Source of the DNA: Ramlibacter sp. 2FC
GTDB taxonomy: Bacteria > Pseudomonadota > Gammaproteobacteria > Burkholderiales > Burkholderiaceae_C
Direction of reading: 5' to 3'
NCBI GenBank assembly: GCA_943372495.1
Contig: CALRYV010000032.1
Span: forward strand, 2,669 to 66,668
DNA: 64,000 bases
The notes under the pieces: model-generated
The model's database searches: none
The model's input: only the letters and a program-made list of their open reading frames with translations
What the model was told of the DNA's origin: nothing
Translations under genes and position numbers: made by a program
Shown here: positions 57,701-64,000 of the stretch, one piece after another
How the letters are laid out: each line of letters starts with the position of its first letter
Numbering within the stretch: position 1 is the first letter of the stretch

Positions 57701-58476
57701 GCAACGCGCCGGGCGTGGCGGCCACCGCCGACCAGCGGGCGCAGAAGAAGCCCGAGGCCGGGCCGCCCAAGCGGCCGCTCGACGTGGCGGTGCAGGTCGA
57801 CCTGGGGCGCGACTTCCGCCTGAGCGGACGCGGCATCGACACCCGGCTGGCGGGCACGCTGGCGCTCAGCGGCACCTCGCTGACCACGCCGCGGCTGGAA
57901 GGAACCGTGAGCGCGGTCGACGGCGAGTACCGCGCCTACGGCCAGCGGCTGGACATCGAGCGCGGCGTGCTGCGCTTCACCGGCGCCATCGACAACCCGG
58001 CGCTCGACATCCTGGCGGTGCGGCCGCGGCTGGAACAGCGGGTCGGCGTGCTGGTGACGGGCCAGGCGCGGGCGCCGTTCGTGCGCCTGTATTCGGCGCC
58101 GCAGCTGACCGATGCCGAGACCCTGTCGTGGCTGGTGGTGGGCCGGCCGACGGCCAGCGGCGGGGCCGAGGCGGCGTTGCTGCAGCAGGCCGCGCTGGCC
58201 TTGTTGAACAGCCGGCGCGGCGGCGCCAACTCCGGCGGGATCGCGGGGCGCTTCGGCTTGGACGAACTGTCGGTGCGCAACGACAGCGCCGAGGGCGCCG
58301 TGGTCACGCTGGGCAAGCGCTTCGCCCGCGACTTCTATGCGTCCTACGAGAGCAGCCTGGGCGGCGCGCTGGGCACGCTCAACATCTTCTACGACGTCTC
58401 GCGCCGGCTCACGGTACGGGCGCGCGCCGGCGAGCGTACGGCGGTCGACCTGATCTACACCTTTTCCTACAACTGA
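54730..58476 (+). CDS. tamB: translocation and assembly module inner-membrane-anchored component TamB (DUF490 C-terminus)
   Basis: The N-terminal anchor is ILAGTARIVAILLLVLLVALSLLSAGIWWW. A long beta-rich repetitive body follows. The C-terminus resembles DUF490: ...LGKRFARDFYASYESSLGGALGTLNIFYDVSRRLTVRARAGERTAVDLIYTFSY. The proposed TTG start at 54730 overlaps the tamA stop; the start is uncertain. Confidence 0.85.
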   Translation: MSRILAGTARIVAILLLVLLVALSLLSAGIWWWSGTDGSLAWALQRVAIWQPVAAEGVTGSLRSGLRIRRLVWEQGALRVEAGDVRIEWSPLSLLARELHLRQFTAASVQVTDRRPPQPGPRTPPQSIDPGLQLTLDQVAIGRLRYDGATVLEAGDLAGDYIFNGRQHLLRIQALTVGSGRYQGRATVGATGPMAVDASVQGTVTTSVPGSTATVPLAFTGAIKGPLARLQAQAQVAVAGGPQPASPPGATVTAVLTPWAAQPLPQAQARLQALDLHAFWAQSPQTQLSGVVSVQPAGTATWALEAQLSNAQAGPWDAGRLPLGQVKAAGQWRDGTALVRSLQAELGGGSLQAEGRWSGATGWTVDGSLRNVDPAALHSKLAATAVGGTVQARQDGKAIAFELALQSDGKVRAAPRPKTGGVAPDLRELTATGSWDDGVLTLPALLLRTSDASLRGSVKARPATRSGGGSLQLQAPGLQAKADGEIAEARGGGTLSLRASDLAQAQRWLQAWPFVPAAVSAWRAGGQATLDGSWQGGWKDPAVQASLAAPLLTLQPAAAAGSVAAQPWTVRNARASVNGRLSDAALELQAGAEQGQRRVSLELAGRGGLAGAAWRARIAKLQLAAQDPALGAGQWRIALREGVDARWVAGRLEVDAGQAVLTAPTPAGATASQAQLAWDPVRWGGGELQTAGRLTGLPMAWIELAGGPQLAGSALTGNLVFDAQWDARLGAGLRVDASLVRSGGDITVQVENAEGAATRVAAGVRTAKLTLQGRDGAMTVGLEWDSERAGSARGTVQTALVLGGPAGWSWPADAQVSGKLQAQLPRLAVWSLLAPPGWRLRGSLAADATVSGARSDPQFSGTIRADELALRSVVDGVELHNGLLRARLEGQRFVVEEFVLRGAGPGGAGGSLVASGEGRWEGGVPQLQAKAELTKLRASIRSDRELTVSGQLTATLTPKGGTIRGKLAVDQARIVIPDETAPRLGQDVFVRNAPGVAATADQRAQKKPEAGPPKRPLDVAVQVDLGRDFRLSGRGIDTRLAGTLALSGTSLTTPRLEGTVSAVDGEYRAYGQRLDIERGVLRFTGAIDNPALDILAVRPRLEQRVGVLVTGQARAPFVRLYSAPQLTDAETLSWLVVGRPTASGGAEAALLQQAALALLNSRRGGANSGGIAGRFGLDELSVRNDSAEGAVVTLGKRFARDFYASYESSLGGALGTLNIFYDVSRRLTVRARAGERTAVDLIYTFSYN

Positions 58477-58485
58477 GCCCACCCC

Positions 58486-59064
58486 ATGGAAACAAGCCCG
58501 GACGAATCTGGAACGCAGCGCCCCTCGCGCCTGAATGCGGCAGTCGCGATTTCCGTGGCGCTCCTGAGCACCGTCATGGGGGTGAGCAAGGTCAAGGACG
58601 ACAACATCGTGCAGGCCATGCAGCAGGCGCAAGCCGACAAGCTCGATCACTGGGCGTTCTACCAGGCTCGCAACGTGCGCGAGGAGGTGGCCCGGGCCGC
58701 GCTCGTGCAGCTGCGCTTGCAGGCGCCCGCCAGCGGCGACAGCCGCAGTGCGGACTGGAGCGCCGCCATCGCGAGCTACGAGAAACTCGCGGCCGAACAG
58801 GCGAGGAAGAAGGACGAACTGCGGCAGCAGGCGGAGCAGGACCAGAAGACCTACGACGCGCTGAACTACCGTGACGATCAGTTCGATCTCGCCGACGCCG
58901 CCATCGCGATCGCGATCGCGTTGCTGGCCATCGCTTCCCTGACGCAGTTCTGGTGGCTGTTCGCACTGGCGCTGCTGCCTTCGCTGTTCGGCACCGTCAT
59001 GGCCATTGCCGGACTGGCCGGCTGGCAACTGCATCCGCAGTTCCTGGCGCGCCTCCTGAGCTAG
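58486..59064 (+). CDS. DUF4337-family membrane protein
   Basis: RLNAAVAISVALLSTVMGVSKVKDDNIVQAMQQAQADKLDHWAFYQARNVRE...YRDDQFDLADAAIAIAIALLAIASL matches my recollection of DUF4337. It starts 9 nt after the tamB stop. Confidence 0.7.
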   Translation: METSPDESGTQRPSRLNAAVAISVALLSTVMGVSKVKDDNIVQAMQQAQADKLDHWAFYQARNVREEVARAALVQLRLQAPASGDSRSADWSAAIASYEKLAAEQARKKDELRQQAEQDQKTYDALNYRDDQFDLADAAIAIAIALLAIASLTQFWWLFALALLPSLFGTVMAIAGLAGWQLHPQFLARLLS

Positions 59065-59070
59065 CCTGCA

Positions 59071-59982
59071 TCAGAAGATGGACAGCCCCGTCTTCGCCGT
59101 GAACAGCTCGAGCGCCTTCATCCCGAGCAGCGAGTTGCCGCTGGGTTCGAGCGCTGGGGACCAGACGCACAGCGTCAGGCGGTCCGGCACCACGGCGAGG
59201 ATGCCGCCGCCGACGCCGCTCTTGCACGGCAGCCCAATGCGGAACGCGAATTCGCCGGCGGCGTCGTAGGTGCCGCAGGTCAGCATCAGCGCGTTCACGC
59301 GCCGCGCCTGCCGGTCGGTCAGGATCTGCCTGCCGGTGTAAGGATGCACGCCGTCGCGGCACAGGAAGCCGGCGGCGCGCGCCAGCTGCAGGCAGCTCAT
59401 GCGCGCCGCGCAATGGTGAAAGTAGGCGTCGAGCACCGCGGCGACATCGTTGTCGATGCGGCCGAAGCTTTTCATGAAGTTGGCCAGCGCGATGTTGCGA
59501 AAGCCCGTGGCACCTTCGGACGCCGCGACTTCCTCGTCGAAGTCCACCGGCTCGCCGCACAGGCTGGACAGAAGCGCCAGCATCTCGGCCTTCGCATCGA
59601 AGCGGCTGACCAGGCGATCGGTCACGGCGATGGCTCCGGCGTTGATGAACGGATTGCGCGGCATGCCGTGTTCCGATTCGAGCTGCACCAGCGAGTTGAA
59701 CGCGTTGCCCGAGGGCTCCCGGCCGATGCGGTCCCACAGGGCCTCGCCCAGTTCGCGCATGCCCAGCGTCAGCGTGAACAGCTTGGAGATGCTCTGGATG
59801 GAAAAGGGCGTCGTGCTGGCGCCGGCATGGGCCTCCTGGCCGTCGAAGGTCCGCAGGGCGATGCCGAACTGCGCGGCCGGCACCCGCGCCAGCGCCGGAA
59901 TGTAGTTGGCGACCTGGCCCTCCCGGCCCAGTTCCGGGCCCAGGGTGGCGACGATCTCTTCGAGCAGCGGCTGGAATTGCAT
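59071..59982 (-). CDS. glsA: glutaminase A
   Basis: GQVANYIPALARV...PFSIQSISKLFTL has the Ser-x-x-Lys motif. The sequence continues ...NPFINAGAI...LPCKSGVGGGILAVVP... Confidence 0.9.
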   Translation of the reverse strand: MQFQPLLEEIVATLGPELGREGQVANYIPALARVPAAQFGIALRTFDGQEAHAGASTTPFSIQSISKLFTLTLGMRELGEALWDRIGREPSGNAFNSLVQLESEHGMPRNPFINAGAIAVTDRLVSRFDAKAEMLALLSSLCGEPVDFDEEVAASEGATGFRNIALANFMKSFGRIDNDVAAVLDAYFHHCAARMSCLQLARAAGFLCRDGVHPYTGRQILTDRQARRVNALMLTCGTYDAAGEFAFRIGLPCKSGVGGGILAVVPDRLTLCVWSPALEPSGNSLLGMKALELFTAKTGLSIF

Positions 59983-60012
59983 GGCGGCATTGTGACCGCC
60001 GGCGCCGGCGTT

Positions 60013-60549
60013 TCAGCGCAGCTCGAACACCAGGCAGGTCGTCGTCGCGTGCGCGTACAGCGTGCCATCCGGTCCGTACAGGCGCGCTTCGGCAGTCGCG
60101 AGCTGGCGGCCGCAATGGATCACCTTGCCTTCGGCCCGCACCCGCGGCGCCTTGCTGCCGATGGCGCGGACCAGGTTGACGCCCAGTTCGGCGGTGGTGT
60201 AGCCGCGCCCCGCCGGCATCATGGTGTGCACCGCGCAGCCCAGCGCCGAATCGAGCAGCGTGGCATACCAGCCGCCGTGGATGCCGCCCATCGGATTGAG
60301 GTGGTCCGGCCCGGGCGTGCCCTGGAACAACGCGCGGCCTTCGTCCACCTCCAGCAGCACGAAGTCCAGCGTCTTCGCGATCGGCGGGTAGGGCAATTCG
60401 CCGCGCAGCATGGCCCGCATCATCTCCAGGCCGCTGCGGCCGGCCAGTTCCGCCGGCTTCACCACGCCCGGGCCGGCGCCGGCGTCGAGCCGGGCCTGGG
60501 TTTCACGCTCCTGGGCCAGCCAGGCTTCCAGTGGATTGTCCTGCGTCAC
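60013..60549 (-). CDS. PaaI-family (hotdog fold) thioesterase
   Basis: ...NPMGGIHGGWYATLLDSALGCAV...TTAELGVNLVRA... is the typical PaaI/YigI-type motif. Confidence 0.8.
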   Translation of the reverse strand: MTQDNPLEAWLAQERETQARLDAGAGPGVVKPAELAGRSGLEMMRAMLRGELPYPPIAKTLDFVLLEVDEGRALFQGTPGPDHLNPMGGIHGGWYATLLDSALGCAVHTMMPAGRGYTTAELGVNLVRAIGSKAPRVRAEGKVIHCGRQLATAEARLYGPDGTLYAHATTTCLVFELR

Positions 60550-60569
60550 GTCGTCGCTCCTGGTTTAAC

Positions 60570-60589
60570 TTGCATATGCAACAGTTGCA
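60570..60589. promoter_or_regulatory. two overlapping perfect palindromes, candidate MarR operator in the divergent thioesterase / marR intergenic region
   Basis: TTGCATATGCAA (60570-60581) and TGCAACAGTTGCA (60577-60589). A TACAAT -10-like hexamer lies at 60592-60597, only 7 nt before the marR ATG. Confidence 0.55.
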
Positions 60590-60604
60590 GCTACAATAAT
60601 CGCC

Positions 60605-61060
60605 ATGGACCCGACTGTCAAGCCGCAAGGCTGCACCAACATGAAGCTGCGCCAGCTGATGCGCAGGGTGGCGCAACGCTATGACGCCGAGGTCGGCAAG
60701 ACCGGCCTGAAGGGCACGCAGTATTCGCTGCTGTCGCACGTGCTCAAGCTCGGGCCCGTGCGTCCCGGCGACCTGGCCCGCGCGATGACCATCGACGCCT
60801 CCACCCTGACGCGCAACCTCAAGCCGCTGATCGACGGCGGCTGGGTCACGCTGGAGCCGGGCGCCGACGGCCGCAGCCGGCTGGTCAACATCACGCCCGC
60901 CGGCCGCGAGAAGCGCCACGAGGCGCAGCGCCGCTGGCGGGTGGCGCAGGAAGGCATCAACCAGACGCTCGGGGTGGAGCGGGTGCTGGCGCTGCATGCC
61001 CTGATCGACGAAAGTATGGAGCTGCTGTCTCCCTTGTCCGATGGAGAAGACGATGAGTGA
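60605..61060 (+). CDS. MarR-family transcriptional regulator (with N-terminal Cys)
   Basis: GCTNMKLRQLMRRVAQRYDAEVGKTGLKGTQYSLLSHVLKLGPVRPGDLARAMTIDASTLTRNLKPLIDGGWV is a winged HTH. Confidence 0.85.
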   Translation: MDPTVKPQGCTNMKLRQLMRRVAQRYDAEVGKTGLKGTQYSLLSHVLKLGPVRPGDLARAMTIDASTLTRNLKPLIDGGWVTLEPGADGRSRLVNITPAGREKRHEAQRRWRVAQEGINQTLGVERVLALHALIDESMELLSPLSDGEDDE

Positions 61061-62270
61061 TGCGACGAACCGGCGCACGGCGCTGTGGCTGGTGCTGCTG
61101 GCCGCGGCCGGCACCTTCGCCCTGACCATGGGCACGCGCCAGACCATGGGGCTGTTCCTGTCGCCGCTCAACACGTCGACCGGCCTGGGCCTGGGCAGCA
61201 TCAGCCTGGCCTTTGCCTTCGGCCAGCTCTGGTGGGGCCTGACGCAGCCGTTCGCCGGCGCCATGGCCGACAAGATCGGCGCCGGCCGCGTGCTGTTCGC
61301 GGGCGCGCTGCTGGTGGCGCTGGGCACCTTCATCACGCCGCTGATGACGACCACCTGGGGCCTGATCCTGGCGATCGGCGTGCTCTCGGCCGGCGGCGCC
61401 GGCATGGCGGGACCGGCGGTGCTGATGGCGGCGACCACTCGGCTGATCCCGCCCGAGCGGCGCGGCCTGGCCACCGGCATCGTCAACGCGGGCGGCTCGT
61501 TCGGCCAGTTCGTGATGGCGCCGATCGCCGCGGCGCTGATGATCGGCCTGGGCTGGGCCACCGCGATGCAGGTGATGGGCCTGCTGGTGCTGCTGTGCCT
61601 GCCGGCGGCGTTCCTGCTCAAGGGCAATTCGCTGCAATCGGCCCCGGCCGGCCAGAAGGTGGTCGGCACCCGCGAGGCGATCCGCGAGGCGTTGCGCAAT
61701 CCGAGCTACCTGATGCTGGGCGCGGGCTTCTTCGTCTGCGGCTTCCATGTGGCTTTCCTGGCCACGCACCTGCCGGGCGTGATCGCTTCGTGCGGCCTGC
61801 CGACCGAGTGGGCCGGCTGGTCGCTGGCGATGATCGGCCTGTTCAACATCGTCGGCAGCGTGGCCATGGGCTGGGCGGTCGGCCGCTGGCGGATGAAGTC
61901 GCTGCTGTCGCTGGTCTACGCCAGCCGCGCGGTCGCCGTCCTGGTGTTCCTGGCCGCGCCCAAGACCGGCCCGGTGCTGCTGGTGTTCGCTGCGGTCATG
62001 GGCCTGACCTTCCTGTCGACCGTGCCGCCGACGGCGGGCCTGGTCGCCAAGTTCTTCGGCCCGGCCAACATGGCGACGCTGTTCGGCATCGTCATGCTGA
62101 CGCACCAGATCGGCGGCTTCCTGGGGGCCTGGCTGGGCGGCAAGGTGTTCGAAGCCACCGGCAACTACGACTGGGTCTGGTACATCGACGTGGTGCTGGC
62201 CGTCGGCGCGGCCCTGATCCACCTGCCGATCCGCGAGGCGGCGCCGGTCCGTCGGGCGGTCGCAGCGTGA
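61053..62270 (+). CDS. MFS transporter
   Basis: 12-TM pattern, with ...[26 protein letters not shown] as an MFS loop 2-3-like motif. GGAG lies 6 nt upstream of the ATG at 61053; an alternative ATG is at 61041. It overlaps the marR 3' end. Confidence 0.85.
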   Translation: MSDATNRRTALWLVLLAAAGTFALTMGTRQTMGLFLSPLNTSTGLGLGSISLAFAFGQLWWGLTQPFAGAMADKIGAGRVLFAGALLVALGTFITPLMTTTWGLILAIGVLSAGGAGMAGPAVLMAATTRLIPPERRGLATGIVNAGGSFGQFVMAPIAAALMIGLGWATAMQVMGLLVLLCLPAAFLLKGNSLQSAPAGQKVVGTREAIREALRNPSYLMLGAGFFVCGFHVAFLATHLPGVIASCGLPTEWAGWSLAMIGLFNIVGSVAMGWAVGRWRMKSLLSLVYASRAVAVLVFLAAPKTGPVLLVFAAVMGLTFLSTVPPTAGLVAKFFGPANMATLFGIVMLTHQIGGFLGAWLGGKVFEATGNYDWVWYIDVVLAVGAALIHLPIREAAPVRRAVAA

Positions 62271-63661
62271 GCATCGCGCCGCGGACCCGGCTGCTGCTGG
62301 AGGGGCCGATCGCGCCCACCCTGCTGCGGATGGCGCTGCCCAACGTGCTGGTGATGGTGGCGCAGGCCGGCGCCGGATTGATCGAGACCTGGTTCGTCGG
62401 CAAGCTCGGCACCGATGCCCTGGCCGGCGTCGCGCTGGTGTTCCCGGTGCTGATGATGATGCAGATGATGTCGGCCGGCGCCATGGGCGGCGGCATCGCG
62501 TCGTCGGTCGCGCGGGCGCTGGGCGGGCGCCGCCAGGCCGATGCCGACGCCTTGGGTGTGCATGCGATCGTGCTGGCGCTGGCCTTCAGCGTGCTGTTCT
62601 GGGCCGGCCTGCTGGCGTTCGGCGCGCCGCTGTACCGGCAGATGGGCGGCTTCGGCGCTTCGCTGGCCGCGGCGCTGACCTATTCCAACTGCATCTTCGC
62701 CGGCGCGGTGCTGGTCTGGCTGTTCAACTCGCTGGCGGCGCTGGTGCGCGGCACCGGCAACATGGCGCTGCCGGCCTGGGTCACCTGCGCCGGCCTGCTG
62801 CTGCTGGTGCCGCTGTCGCCGCTGCTGATCTTCGGCTGGGGTCCGGTGCCGGCCTTCGGCATCGCCGGCGGCGCCATTGCGCTGCTCGCGTACTACGCGG
62901 CCGGCACCATCGCGCTGGCCATGTATCTGCTGTCGCGCCACAGCCAGTTGCGGCCGTCGCTGGGCGGTGCCGGCCTGCGCTGGCCGCTGTTCCGCGACAT
63001 CCTGCGTGTCGGCCTGGTGGCGACGGTGTCGGCGCTGGCGACCAACCTCACCATCGGCATCGCCACCGCGCTGGTCGGCCAGCTCGGGCCGGCGGCCATC
63101 GCCGGCTACGGCACGGCGTCCCGGCTCGAATACCTGCTGGTGCCGCTGGTGTTCGGCCTGGGCGCGCCGCTGGTGGCCATGGTCGGCACCTGCATCGGCG
63201 CCGGCCAGCGCCCGCGGGCCCTGCATGCCACCTGGGTCGGCGCCGTCATCGCCGGCCTGCTGTGCGAGGCGGTGGGGCTGGCGGCGGCGCTCTTTCCCCA
63301 TCAGTGGCTGTCGCTGTTCGGCAGCGATCCGGCCATGCTGGCCTCCGGCACCCTGTATCTGCAGATCGTCGGCCCGGCCTACGGTTTCTTCGGCTTCGGC
63401 CTGGCCCTGTACTTCGCGTCGCAGGGCGCCGGCCGGCTGGCCTGGCCCTTGCTGGGCAATGTCGCGCGGCTGGCTGTCGCCGGCGGTGGCGGCTGGCTGG
63501 CGCTGCGCTGGGGCGGCGGCATCGTGTGGGTGTTCTGGGCCCAGGCCGCGGGACTGGTGTTGTACGGCCTGATCAATGCGTACGCCGTGGCGGGCGGTGC
63601 CTGGTTCGGGCCGCTCGGGCGGCCGCGGCGGCCGGGCTGGTGGGCCTCCGCGGCGGGGTAA
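62267..63661 (+). CDS. MATE-family efflux transporter
   Basis: [52 protein letters not shown]... is a typical MATE N-terminus. There is a GTGA overlap with the MFS gene. Confidence 0.85.
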   Translation: MSIAPRTRLLLEGPIAPTLLRMALPNVLVMVAQAGAGLIETWFVGKLGTDALAGVALVFPVLMMMQMMSAGAMGGGIASSVARALGGRRQADADALGVHAIVLALAFSVLFWAGLLAFGAPLYRQMGGFGASLAAALTYSNCIFAGAVLVWLFNSLAALVRGTGNMALPAWVTCAGLLLLVPLSPLLIFGWGPVPAFGIAGGAIALLAYYAAGTIALAMYLLSRHSQLRPSLGGAGLRWPLFRDILRVGLVATVSALATNLTIGIATALVGQLGPAAIAGYGTASRLEYLLVPLVFGLGAPLVAMVGTCIGAGQRPRALHATWVGAVIAGLLCEAVGLAAALFPHQWLSLFGSDPAMLASGTLYLQIVGPAYGFFGFGLALYFASQGAGRLAWPLLGNVARLAVAGGGGWLALRWGGGIVWVFWAQAAGLVLYGLINAYAVAGGAWFGPLGRPRRPGWWASAAG

Positions 63662-63738
63662 GTCGCGGGGCCGGGCTGGGCCATTCGAAATTGCCAGAGA
63701 ATAGGCGGTTGCCAGATCTTTGCTCCAGAGGAAATCCC

Positions 63739-64000
63739 ATGACCTACCCCAACACCCAACTGTTCATCGCCGGCCAATGGCTGGACGCTGCCGACGGCCG
63801 CACGCTGGCCGTGCACAACCCGGCCACCGGCAAGGAAATCGGGCGTGTCGCCCACGCCGGCAAGGCCGACCTGGACAAGGCCCTGGAAGCCGCGCAAAAG
63901 GGCTTCGAGACCTGGCGCGACATGACGGCCGCCGACCGCAGCAAGATCATGCGCAAGGCCGCCGGCCTGATGCGCGAGCGCGCCGCCGCCATCGGCGCCG
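63739..64000 (+). CDS. NAD(P)-dependent aldehyde dehydrogenase (succinate-semialdehyde dehydrogenase-like), N-terminal fragment running off the window
   Basis: [60 protein letters not shown] is the canonical ALDH N-terminus. Confidence 0.8.
   Translation, partial: MTYPNTQLFIAGQWLDAADGRTLAVHNPATGKEIGRVAHAGKADLDKALEAAQKGFETWRDMTAADRSKIMRKAAGLMRERAAAIGA

Noticed and set aside
54676-58874. ORFs of 943 aa and 746 aa (minus strand) and 1050 aa (plus strand) overlapping tamB.
   Set aside because: They are alternate frames of the tamB gene. They have no signal, TM segment or domain features, and their composition is extremely Arg/Ala/Gly-rich.

Overview
This is a very GC-rich chromosomal segment, roughly two-thirds G+C by eye. 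Gene content and order look betaproteobacterial (Burkholderiales/Comamonadaceae, possibly Variovorax-like), but that assignment is a guess from protein sequences, not a search result.

Most of the window is densely packed core metabolism and envelope biogenesis:
- argG, ppnP, and an ECF sigma / RskA-like anti-sigma pair.
- The conserved folC - SPOR protein - cvpA - purF - metZ - gltX block, followed by a tRNA-Ala/Glu/Asp cluster.
- An adaA/alkA-ogt adaptive-response operon.
- algC-waaC-waaA.
- A minus-strand tetR-MFP-RND operon followed by pcm-rhodanese-tolC.
- msrA, pdxH, sodC, chaC, edd-eda, gloA, tamA-tamB, glsA, and a marR-MFS-MATE block.

I saw no rRNA, CRISPR array, integrase, transposase or phage genes.

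The parts that deserve a second look:
1. A ~14 kb GntR-headed catabolic island (29.8-44.1 kb). It combines a Liv-type ABC importer, two orphan Bug/TctC binding proteins, a split LeuC/LeuD-like hydro-lyase interrupted by a PrpD/MmgE gene, a complete hydantoinase-type amidohydrolase, a flavoprotein and an ICL/PEP-mutase-family lyase. I cannot assign a substrate.
2. A GC-rich ~50-nt repeat present in frame inside the RND pump gene and again at the 5' end of chaC.
3. A 217-bp element bounded by a perfect 27-nt inverted repeat upstream of the ECF sigma gene.
4. Three tandem unannotated small ORFs (49-55 aa, acidic and proline-rich) between a CueR-type copZ promoter and an MmcB-like PD-(D/E)XK gene.
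5. REP-like palindromic units after the ABC binding-protein gene and between edd and eda.

Many long ORFs in the supplied track are antisense or out-of-frame shadows typical of high-GC DNA, and I rejected them. All functional calls come from reading motifs in the translations. No database search was run.
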